Source: a virus. From it: a stretch of 64,000 nucleotides of DNA. Location of the stretch: positions 96,001-160,000 of the IMG/VR virus record IMGVR_UViG_3300025436_000002; one strand, given 5' to 3'. Positions 47,050 to 55,836 of the stretch are shown piece after piece. Position numbers and translations under genes: made by a program. The notes under the pieces were generated by a model. The model was not told where the DNA came from and searched no databases. It was given only the letters and a program-made list of their open reading frames with translations. Numbering within the stretch: position 1 is the first letter of the stretch; the number at the start of each line of letters is the position of its first letter.

Positions 47050-47372
47050 GGGTATATTTTGATCCTACTATAAACTTAACATACTTAACGGGTGTAGATT
47101 CCTACGGACTCTTAAAAGCTGGAGTTGACTTAGAACTTAAAGAATATACTAATAAACTTCGTAACTACGTTAACACAGGTAGTTGGAAACTTGTAGATCA
47201 TACTTTTATCTCCGAGCGTGAAAGATCCAGATTTATTATTGTGAATAAGCACAATGTATTGTCGCATGCAGGTAGCCTTCCGGAAGTTGTATTTGGGGTA
47301 CTCTCTCACTATGAAGCTATAGATAAGAATCTATATTTTAAATTATCCATGATGACTGAGCTGTTAAAATAG
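47046..47372 (+). CDS. ELLK-tail protein
   Basis: YFKLSMMTELLK*. Confidence 0.75.
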   Translation: MRVYFDPTINLTYLTGVDSYGLLKAGVDLELKEYTNKLRNYVNTGSWKLVDHTFISERERSRFIIVNKHNVLSHAGSLPEVVFGVLSHYEAIDKNLYFKLSMMTELLK

Positions 47373-47378
47373 AATAAT

Positions 47379-47390
47379 TTTATATTTTAA
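47379..47390 (+). promoter_or_regulatory. putative late promoter TTTATATTTTAA
   Basis: Upstream of 47418. Confidence 0.6.
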
Positions 47391-47417
47391 TTAGAGATTA
47401 TTATATAGGAGTTTTCT

Positions 47418-49943
47418 ATGCCTTTAGGTAATATAAAAAGATTTTTAAATAAAATTGGTAATATAAACGAAGTTCTTCCAAAAAAAGAAATGGCTCCGAT
47501 ACTTAAAAGTATCAAACTTGGTACTGAACTTGAAGTAATCCATGAAGGTGAAGAGCTTACTATAGAAGATTGGGTTGGTACTTTTCAGAATATGGAAGCT
47601 GGTGAGTCTGAATCTGTCGATAAGTATTCTGACATGAAAGATTATATGGAGCAAACCTATAATATATATAATTCCAGTAGGGTGGCTTCTAGGGCTAATG
47701 ATGAATGGGTTGTTCTAAAAGATTTTGGAAGTGAGCATGTTCATAGGAATGATGTAGTGTCATCATGGTACATTAGCCTTAATATAGAAGAGGGTAGGGG
47801 GAATCAATCTACAAGTAGTAGTATGAAACTGTATAACGATAAAACTAACTCTCTATATAAACTTAGAGATGGCTGGGCTAAAGTATTTGAAGACCCTAAA
47901 AATGAACACACTCTTTTAAGTCTTAACGATGTCATACACATGGAACATGGGGACCTTGATAAGATACTTGACTGGATAGAAGAGAATGTTACTAGCAAGT
48001 TCGATGAATTAGAGTATGATACTGTATTTGAAGAAGTGACTCTAGACGATGTACAAGATTACGAAAGTGAAGATGACGACGAATATCCAGAAGCTGACGA
48101 AGATATTGAAGATTTTCTCAGATATCTCGAAAATAATGGAGGAGTTAATGTCTCAGGTAGCTATCATGGTGCGGTATCTTCAAGTGGTTGGAGAATTGAA
48201 CCTGACAGTTCGTTGGGACATTATGGTATTGAAGTTATATCCCCACCCATGGAATATAAAAAGTTTATTCAGTTAGTTCCTAAGGTAATAGAAAGACTTA
48301 AAGATTTAGGATACGGAGCAACCTCTCTCTGCGGTTATCATATAGGTGTATCTTCTGACGAATTTAACATTTCTGAAGTTATAAGAGATAACTTCTATCA
48401 TTTCAGACATGAGGGTTGGAGTTCCTTAGTATCCGCTGTACTTGCAATGGGTCAAGAGTCTAAAGGTCTATTCTCTAAGGGAGATCCTAATAGATCAACT
48501 GGAAACTGGTCTGAAGATATCATGTCTCACTTACGAGGTGTTCACAAAGAGAGTACAACTGTTGACGATATTCTATATACAGATAAAATTAACATGAAGG
48601 ATTACATTAATAGTGTATTCTCTAAGAGTAGCCCTACTCATGCTAAAAACGTATCTTTAAGAAAAGATTATGTAGAGCTACGCTCTCTCGGAGGAACTAG
48701 TGGTTTTGAGTCCTTAAGCTCTTTATCCTCTCTTAAAGATATTGTCAACATAGCTATATCCCAGTTATTCCAAAAACCTAAAGATTATTCTAAGAGAGAG
48801 GTTTTAAAAATAATGAGACCTTACCTAGATAAACTTCTAGGTGAAGACGAGGAGGATGCTAAAGTAGAAAGTATGCTAGAGCTACTCAAACAACCTGATC
48901 CTTGGGAAAATAGAAAGATAATAAAACTTTGTAAGAAATACCCTAAAAAATATCTACAACCCGTCTTCAATTACATAAGAAAGAACTTTCAAGCTTCTAA
49001 TGTCATGAGCTTCCTATACTGGGTAACAAATAGATGGGATAATATAGATGACTACGAAGATGAGAGAGTTATAAAAAACTTCTTACAAGACAAGCTGGAA
49101 TTTATCATGAGTAATGTATCCTCAGATACTCCTAAAGCTAACTTATCCATTTTTAACTTCCTAACGTCAAATCTAGTAGTTAGTGGTAAAATTGAATCTC
49201 AGATATTGGAAAATCTAGTATCTTACATAGAAACTGCCAGAAATTCATGGGATGTGGCAGACGCCTGTGTGGTATTAAGAAACCTACCTATTATGTACAA
49301 ACCTGAAGGAGATAAAATATTTTCAGACCTAGTGGGTGATTATAGTTTCCCAATAAAAGCTAAGTTATACCTCATATCTTCTGATGAACATGGAAGACTT
49401 GAGAAATTAGGAGAAGGTCGAGCGAGTGTATTACTTGCAGAGATGCGACGTAACCTAGAACAAATTCATGCTACCTCCGTGTTTGATTACCCTAGAGATA
49501 CTAAAGCCATCTTACAAAGACTGCTATCCAATTTTGATAGTTGGAATACTGATATCTTATCAGATATATTGGTACTATCTGAAGAGTTTAATTTACAAGA
49601 TAGTATAGTTTCCCTAGTAGATAGCTTACCTAACTTAGAAAATGCCTTATCCAAACTAATGGACATTGACCAATCTAACAAGGAGAGAATTTTTGCTGTA
49701 TTTTTCAAACACTACTATGGAGGAGCTAATCAAGATATCATAGAAAAATATAAAGATATATTCCATACTGATCTTTATAAAGATGCAATCAAGAATCCGA
49801 GGGAAGTTGCTAGTATGGGACCTTTGCAGGTAGGGGATATGACTAACTACGGAAAGATTAAAGATATGTATGGGACTGGGAATTCAGTATCTTATTTAAT
49901 AGACGGTCAAATATATCATCATTCTAAAGTCCAAAGAATATGA
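47418..49943 (+). CDS. amidoligase-2-like protein, paralog 2
   Basis: LGTELE, WRIEPDSSL, EVISP, CGYHIGVS, VELR. Confidence 0.75.
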   Translation: MPLGNIKRFLNKIGNINEVLPKKEMAPILKSIKLGTELEVIHEGEELTIEDWVGTFQNMEAGESESVDKYSDMKDYMEQTYNIYNSSRVASRANDEWVVLKDFGSEHVHRNDVVSSWYISLNIEEGRGNQSTSSSMKLYNDKTNSLYKLRDGWAKVFEDPKNEHTLLSLNDVIHMEHGDLDKILDWIEENVTSKFDELEYDTVFEEVTLDDVQDYESEDDDEYPEADEDIEDFLRYLENNGGVNVSGSYHGAVSSSGWRIEPDSSLGHYGIEVISPPMEYKKFIQLVPKVIERLKDLGYGATSLCGYHIGVSSDEFNISEVIRDNFYHFRHEGWSSLVSAVLAMGQESKGLFSKGDPNRSTGNWSEDIMSHLRGVHKESTTVDDILYTDKINMKDYINSVFSKSSPTHAKNVSLRKDYVELRSLGGTSGFESLSSLSSLKDIVNIAISQLFQKPKDYSKREVLKIMRPYLDKLLGEDEEDAKVESMLELLKQPDPWENRKIIKLCKKYPKKYLQPVFNYIRKNFQASNVMSFLYWVTNRWDNIDDYEDERVIKNFLQDKLEFIMSNVSSDTPKANLSIFNFLTSNLVVSGKIESQILENLVSYIETARNSWDVADACVVLRNLPIMYKPEGDKIFSDLVGDYSFPIKAKLYLISSDEHGRLEKLGEGRASVLLAEMRRNLEQIHATSVFDYPRDTKAILQRLLSNFDSWNTDILSDILVLSEEFNLQDSIVSLVDSLPNLENALSKLMDIDQSNKERIFAVFFKHYYGGANQDIIEKYKDIFHTDLYKDAIKNPREVASMGPLQVGDMTNYGKIKDMYGTGNSVSYLIDGQIYHHSKVQRI

Positions 49944-49952
49944 TACTAGCTA

Positions 49953-49999
49953 TTGACAAATAATAAAACTCATGCTAAACTAAGGGCATGAGTTTTATT
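49953..49999 (+). promoter_or_regulatory. promoter with -10 in a hairpin loop (possible terminator)
   Basis: TTGACA-17-TAAACT; 14-bp IR aataaaactcatgc/gcatgagttttatt. Confidence 0.65.
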
Positions 50000-50162
50000 T
50001 ATAGAAAAGGGTATTCATGATTATACTTAACAAACCTAACATTTGGGGATTCATCTGGGATTTAAGCGAGACACTTCATATAGGACTGGGAAAACATGCC
50101 CCTTACGTTTTTCATAAGATGATGGGGATTGAAGAGAGCCAAATTAAGAAAGTAGATGAGTA

Positions 50163-50486
50163 ATGGACGATAGACTGAAAGATGGAGTTATCCTCGTGTA
50201 TAAGTCCGAGTACGCTAGGAGCTATGTACCTAAGGAAGTATTTGATAAATATAAAGGCATGCCTTTTGTTGTAAAAGAAATAGATAACATATTCTATCTT
50301 TATTGGAAAGATCACAAAGTAAAAACTAAATTAGATTTTAATGATCCTATTACAAAGTCTACTTATTCTAAGGATAGGTACAAGGTTATCGGAAATATAG
50401 GAATGCCTCGTAAGAAATATAGAGAACTCTCAGGGTATAATTTGGTTAACAGTTTGGAAGATTTCAATAATCATACTGGAGTTTAG
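50163..50486 (+). CDS. hypothetical protein
   Basis: ORF in operon orientation. Confidence 0.65.
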   Translation: MDDRLKDGVILVYKSEYARSYVPKEVFDKYKGMPFVVKEIDNIFYLYWKDHKVKTKLDFNDPITKSTYSKDRYKVIGNIGMPRKKYRELSGYNLVNSLEDFNNHTGV

Positions 50487-50495
50487 TTAAAATAG

Positions 50496-50525
50496 CCCTT
50501 TTATATTATAAATAATGTAGGAGGG
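50496..50525 (+). promoter_or_regulatory. late motif embedded in an SD-occluding hairpin
   Basis: cccttttatatta pairs with taatgtaggaggg. Confidence 0.6.
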
Positions 50526-50531
50526 ATTTTT

Positions 50532-51455
50532 ATGGAAACTAAAAAAAATATTAGAATTTTAAGTTTAGACGGAGGAGGATGCAGAGGTTTGTTATCAGCT
50601 GTTCTTCTCAAAGAGATAGAGACTAGGACAGGCAAACCTATCTCTGAACTATTCGATTTTTTCATTGGAAGCTCTACTGGAGCTATTATGTCCCTACTTA
50701 TAAATAAACATGATAATAATATACCTACTTATACTATGACAGATATTGTGGAGTTCTATACAGGATGCAGTTGTAAAACAATATTCAAAAAGAAATTCTT
50801 CAAGATGCCCTTAAATGCTGTTAGGTATCCTAGTTCTCAGATAGAGGGAGTTCTTAAAGGGTCCCTAGGTGATTCTAAAATGAAAGACTCTTTGAATCCA
50901 GTAGTGGTTACAACCTATGATACTGTGTCAAGAAACTCATTATTCCTAAATTCAGAGGATACAAAATATAATAATTTGGGTATGTGGGAATGTGCTAGAG
51001 CTTCCTCAGCAGCCCCCACTTTCTTTGAACCTTTTTCTATGGGAGATATCTGTGCTGTAGATGGGGGAGTTGTTGCAAATAATCCCGCACTTTTCGGGTA
51101 CATTGAAGCTAAGAAACTATTTCCAGACTCGGATGTTACGGTCGTGTCTTTAGGTACTGGATCCAGTGTCTCTTCTCTAAGTAAGAAAGATATGGATAAG
51201 TTTAATCTACTAACATGGGCATCTAATATTTTTGATTTTACATCGGATGCTCAATCCGATACAGTTTCATATGCTATGGGTAAACTACATGATGTATCAG
51301 ATTATTATAGATTTCAAGTTAAGTTAAATACCAAGGATGCTTCAATAGATGATACTTCGAATGCAAACTTAAATAACTTAATTAGGATAGCTAGGACTGC
51401 TATTATAACAGAATGGGCTACTGAACTTGATAGACTCATTGTATCTTTAACTTAA
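50532..51455 (+). CDS. patatin-like phospholipase
   Basis: DGGGCRG, GSSTG, SSAAPTFF, DGG..ANNP, SLGTG. Confidence 0.92.
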   Translation: METKKNIRILSLDGGGCRGLLSAVLLKEIETRTGKPISELFDFFIGSSTGAIMSLLINKHDNNIPTYTMTDIVEFYTGCSCKTIFKKKFFKMPLNAVRYPSSQIEGVLKGSLGDSKMKDSLNPVVVTTYDTVSRNSLFLNSEDTKYNNLGMWECARASSAAPTFFEPFSMGDICAVDGGVVANNPALFGYIEAKKLFPDSDVTVVSLGTGSSVSSLSKKDMDKFNLLTWASNIFDFTSDAQSDTVSYAMGKLHDVSDYYRFQVKLNTKDASIDDTSNANLNNLIRIARTAIITEWATELDRLIVSLT

Positions 51456-51530
51456 CAATACTAAACTAAACACTAGACTTAATAATCTCTATGTGTTATA
51501 TTAATAGAATAATACGTAAAGGAGATAAAC

Positions 51531-51908
51531 ATGGGAACTTTTAAAAAGAATAGAAGAATAACTGATCCTACAAGCATGGAAGATTTCTTAACCGAATGTG
51601 CCTTAAAAGGTCTTACTAATACAGAGATTGAGAACGAACTACAAATAATACTGGATAGTGATAGGCAAGGTCATGCTAATAGGTATACTCCAGAGAATAT
51701 GTCAGATCTTGTAAAACATCTTCCTAAAAAGTTAGAAGGAGTTTTAGATAAATTTAAGAGCATAAGTTCTTCTGGAAATGCAAGAGGCATGGAACATGAA
51801 GTCGATAGATACAGGTCTGGATTCTTTTCTGCATTCATGAACTTGAATTCATTCTTAGATAGCCTGTTAAAAAGTGTTGAAGAGGAGGGGTTGGGTTTAA
51901 ACGGATAA
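51531..51908 (+). CDS. hypothetical protein
   Basis: AAGGAG SD. Confidence 0.7.
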   Translation: MGTFKKNRRITDPTSMEDFLTECALKGLTNTEIENELQIILDSDRQGHANRYTPENMSDLVKHLPKKLEGVLDKFKSISSSGNARGMEHEVDRYRSGFFSAFMNLNSFLDSLLKSVEEEGLGLNG

Positions 51909-52219
51909 TGGCTAATAAAGAATTACTTGAATATTTATTTAGTACCGAAGACGGGGCTGCTCTGATAGCTAAATCTCTTGAAGATTACGAAGAGGAAACT
52001 ATTAATCTTGTAGATGCATCTAAAAATATGATATCATCAATAGCTTACGATTCATTTACGAATAGCTACAAGGGATTACTAGATGCAGATACTGGAATGT
52101 CTAGTCAAGATCTTTGTAAGTTGGCGATTGAGTCTGCTTGTACTACATTTATGATATACGGTTTCATAGTAAAAGAACAACTTACTAGATTAGAGTTAGA
52201 GAAATTAATGAATGCGTAA
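51908..52219 (+). CDS. hypothetical protein
   Basis: TAATG coupling. Confidence 0.7.
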   Translation: MANKELLEYLFSTEDGAALIAKSLEDYEEETINLVDASKNMISSIAYDSFTNSYKGLLDADTGMSSQDLCKLAIESACTTFMIYGFIVKEQLTRLELEKLMNA

Positions 52220-52228
52220 GGAGATATT

Positions 52229-52639
52229 ATGGGCATGTTTATACCAGAAGTTGAGGGTAAATTAAAAGTATTCAAATATCTACAAGATATTGTTAAATTT
52301 AATGAGGACGTGAAATTTTCTCAGATAGCCACTTCGGATGAGATGGATTTTTACGGTATGAGTAAGATTAAAAGTTCTGCCACTCTTATGATGTTTGTAA
52401 GAAGTCCTGATGTTAAATACAACCATGAAATATCGGTTTCTTTAGAAACTAATATGGAGAGTGAGATAAATAAGTTCCTTCATGAAGTCTTTAAAAAGGT
52501 AGGTAATATTGAAAGTATAGATTTTGAACTCATGCAATCCTTGTATAAGAAAGCTAAACTAGATTATAAGAAGTTCGAGAAAGGGAAGTTTAATAAAGAT
52601 TACAAGAAGGCTTTAATGGCTAAAGAATTATCTAAATAG
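52229..52639 (+). CDS. ELLK-tail protein (divergent body)
   Basis: YKKALMAKELSK*. Confidence 0.7.
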   Translation: MGMFIPEVEGKLKVFKYLQDIVKFNEDVKFSQIATSDEMDFYGMSKIKSSATLMMFVRSPDVKYNHEISVSLETNMESEINKFLHEVFKKVGNIESIDFELMQSLYKKAKLDYKKFEKGKFNKDYKKALMAKELSK

Positions 52640-52647
52640 GAGAAGAC

Positions 52648-53208
52648 ATGCTTAATTTTTTTAAGAGAATGGCTAGTGCTAGACTGACAAGGAGGCTTGA
52701 GATAGCTTTAGGAGAACTAAAGGAGTTTAATATGATACATGACACTTTTATTTGGGACGTTATTTGTTTCTTTAGGAAGCAGGGTAGGTTTATAGTTAGA
52801 ATGTTCCAGTGGATTCCTATACTTTATAATGATGAAGATTGGGACTTCAATTACTTTCTTTATATAGTTAGATTCAAATTAACTAAGATTAAAAAATGTC
52901 TTTCTGAAGACGACATGCATGTAAATGCCAATAGGAGAGCTAGGGAAGTTGGGGTAGTTATAGCACATCTGGATAGGTATTTTGATATTGGAAAATACAC
53001 TATTGACGTAGACACAGATGAGTACTTAAATAATAGTTCTTGGTTAAGTACTGAGAGATTAGACGGTAGTGTTCGACACTCCTACAAAGATAGTCAGATG
53101 GCTAAGAGACATCGAAGGATTCATGATAGACAAAACTACTTAACAGAGTTCCATTTCTCAGAAGCTATGAGAAAGTTAAAATTATACGGACGGGCATGGT
53201 GGGTATGA
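52648..53208 (+). CDS. conserved phage hypothetical protein
   Basis: W.PIL..D.DWD..Y.L.I...KL motif. Confidence 0.7.
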   Translation: MLNFFKRMASARLTRRLEIALGELKEFNMIHDTFIWDVICFFRKQGRFIVRMFQWIPILYNDEDWDFNYFLYIVRFKLTKIKKCLSEDDMHVNANRRAREVGVVIAHLDRYFDIGKYTIDVDTDEYLNNSSWLSTERLDGSVRHSYKDSQMAKRHRRIHDRQNYLTEFHFSEAMRKLKLYGRAWWV

Positions 53209-53247
53209 CGACTTAATATATAATAATCCTATTTAGAAGTTAACTAG

Positions 53248-53259
53248 TTTATATTTTAA
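53248..53259 (+). promoter_or_regulatory. putative late promoter TTTATATTTTAA
   Basis: Upstream of 53290; flanked by a cctattta/taaatagg IR. Confidence 0.6.
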
Positions 53260-53289
53260 ATAGGATTTAACATTTATTGGGAAAAATAT

Positions 53290-55833
53290 ATGATTAATAA
53301 AATTAAAAATATACTAAATGAGTTAGCTCATCGTAACTCTATAAACGAGATACTTCCTAAAAAACAACTTGATAAAATACTTCCTAATCTTATACTAGGT
53401 ATTGAGATAGAAGTAATACATGAGAGTGGGGAGAATGTTTGGGAAGCTGAGGACTCGAACACAGTATCTAGAAGGATTCAGAGATATCAAAATGACATTG
53501 GAGAGTACAAATCAGATATCAAGGATCTAGAACGTACTGCAACTCCCATTGGAGCTGAACTCTATGAGGAGGACAGTGAAGTTTGGATGGATGCTATCTT
53601 AACTAAGCAGGATACACTCATAGATGAAATTGCATACAACGAGAGGAAGATAGACGAGACCCGAGCTGACACTTCAAAACTTCAAAGAGAGATTGCTATG
53701 CAAGGAACTCCTATCACCCCAGATGAAATAAAAACTAGAAAATGGTATATGTCTCGTATAGAGTATCTCGATAAATTTATTGATGGTTTAGAGAATGAAA
53801 TATATGTTAAGAAACAAGATTATAAACGCCTAGATGCTGACTACACTGTTGTTCAGAATATTAAACGTCTGGAGAAAAAAATAGCTGAATATACTCAAAA
53901 GATTAAAGATATTGAAACTGAGGAAGAGTCTGATAATTCTATTGAAAGTCTAGTAAAGAACTCTAGCATTGCCTCTATACTTGATGAGTCCAGTCCTATC
54001 GGATGGGAAATATTTCATGGGTACCATCATGGTAGAGACTTTAGAGGTTGGAGGATTGAACCTGACGGTTCTCTAGGTAATTCGGGTGTTGAATTTATCT
54101 CTCCTAAGATGCCTTATGGAGATTTCATAGAGTATATTCCAAAAGTAGCTACTGCCTTAAACGATAACGGATTTCTTGCTGAGGATGGGAGAACTGGACT
54201 ACACATAGGAGTCTCATCTAAGAAACTACATATAGTTCGTAAGATAGAAGATGATTTTGCTTTTTATAGGGGAAAAGGTCTTTCTCAACTTATGGCTTTA
54301 CTCTTAACGACTCAGAAAGAGCAGAGAGGACTCTTTGTAAAAGGAGAGCCTAGTAGAGAGTCTTCTGGATATTCTAAATCCATTACAGATATTATTGGTA
54401 AAGCATTAGGTCATTTGACTCCAGAAGATGATTATACCCTAGAAGACTTAATATATACAGATAAGTTTGAATCCAATAAATCTTTGAGTAGTCTTAAAGA
54501 GAGTGTCTCAGGTTTCGTTCGTGAAATGTTCAATAAGTCTCACTATACTAATGTGTCTATTCGAGATGAGTATGTTGAAGTTAGATCACTTGGAGGCGTT
54601 AATGGGTATCTAGCAATTCAAAGTGAGTCTTCCCTCAGAGAGATAATAGCCATGATTACTACTCAACTATTTTCTGAGGCTGAGATGCCGTCAACTAAAG
54701 AACTTGTAAGTATAGTTCGTTCTTTTCTACCTAAGAGCAGTCGAGGTAATAAAGATAGTCTTTCTCAGGAGTTTAATTTCTTAAAAGCAAACTCAGACAG
54801 TGACGGATCCAACACTGTCTCTGAAATACTTAAAATATTTAAAAACAAGAGTCCTAATCTATTAGTAAAACTCCTCAATAAGATAAAATTAGGGGATGGG
54901 ATCGTTACAGCTCTCTTTGAGTATAATAAATTTGGTACTCTGCTAGAATCTCCAGAATTTGTAGATCATCTTTTAGAGTATCCAAAAAACTATAATCGTA
55001 CTCAAGCATTCCCTTGGAGCAAACTCGATATGGATAATTTTGTCGCTTTAATGAAGAATAATAAGATATTCGGAGAAATCTATCCTAAAGATCAAGAGTA
55101 TTTAATAACTAGGTTACTAGGTAGTACTTATTTTTTGGGAGAACTGGGAGATAATCCTAACCTTACTCAATACATTTCTAATACCAAGAATGGAGATAGA
55201 CTTAATAATATAATTGTCAAGCTGGGAGGATTTGGAAATAGTAAGCTATATGAAGTAAAAGATATATATGACGTACTACCTAAAAGTAGTAAAATTAATG
55301 TACTAGGCGATTTATTCTTTAGTCGTCAATATAATTCTGAGATTAAAAATGACAGTGAGGCTATGGACATTATTTTAGACCCATCCAACGAGAGGTCTAT
55401 CCTTATGAAAATAAATAGATCCGCAACCTTTGAAGTTGTGGAAGCTGCTAAAGATGTTGATATTTTATTCAAATTTTCTGACGAGGTAAAAGATAGAATA
55501 CTTCTTAAAGTGTGGGAAGGTCTAGCAGTCGAGTCAGTGCCTCCCGTATTTATAGAAAATTTAGATAGTAAAATAAAAGATTATCTTTTAAGAAATAAAA
55601 GTGACTTCTTTGAAGGAAAACCTGTATATCTATCTAGGCTAGTAAGTTATGGAGAACTTACAGACTATCAACTTAAAAAGGTTCTAGATACTATAGATAG
55701 GTATGAAACCTCTGAGAATATATACTTAGTTCCAAGCTTAAAGAGGGCTTTGAAAAAAGTACTCAATGAAGTTGGAGATTTAAGTGGAAGTAACATTCGT
55801 AAAATAAAAGCTTTGTTAGATATGGAGGTATAG
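53290..55833 (+). CDS. amidoligase-2-like protein, paralog 3 (coiled-coil insert)
   Basis: LGIEIE, WRIEPDGSL, EFISP, TGLHIGVS, VEVR. Confidence 0.75.
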   Translation: MINKIKNILNELAHRNSINEILPKKQLDKILPNLILGIEIEVIHESGENVWEAEDSNTVSRRIQRYQNDIGEYKSDIKDLERTATPIGAELYEEDSEVWMDAILTKQDTLIDEIAYNERKIDETRADTSKLQREIAMQGTPITPDEIKTRKWYMSRIEYLDKFIDGLENEIYVKKQDYKRLDADYTVVQNIKRLEKKIAEYTQKIKDIETEEESDNSIESLVKNSSIASILDESSPIGWEIFHGYHHGRDFRGWRIEPDGSLGNSGVEFISPKMPYGDFIEYIPKVATALNDNGFLAEDGRTGLHIGVSSKKLHIVRKIEDDFAFYRGKGLSQLMALLLTTQKEQRGLFVKGEPSRESSGYSKSITDIIGKALGHLTPEDDYTLEDLIYTDKFESNKSLSSLKESVSGFVREMFNKSHYTNVSIRDEYVEVRSLGGVNGYLAIQSESSLREIIAMITTQLFSEAEMPSTKELVSIVRSFLPKSSRGNKDSLSQEFNFLKANSDSDGSNTVSEILKIFKNKSPNLLVKLLNKIKLGDGIVTALFEYNKFGTLLESPEFVDHLLEYPKNYNRTQAFPWSKLDMDNFVALMKNNKIFGEIYPKDQEYLITRLLGSTYFLGELGDNPNLTQYISNTKNGDRLNNIIVKLGGFGNSKLYEVKDIYDVLPKSSKINVLGDLFFSRQYNSEIKNDSEAMDIILDPSNERSILMKINRSATFEVVEAAKDVDILFKFSDEVKDRILLKVWEGLAVESVPPVFIENLDSKIKDYLLRNKSDFFEGKPVYLSRLVSYGELTDYQLKKVLDTIDRYETSENIYLVPSLKRALKKVLNEVGDLSGSNIRKIKALLDMEV

Positions 55834-55836
55834 AGA

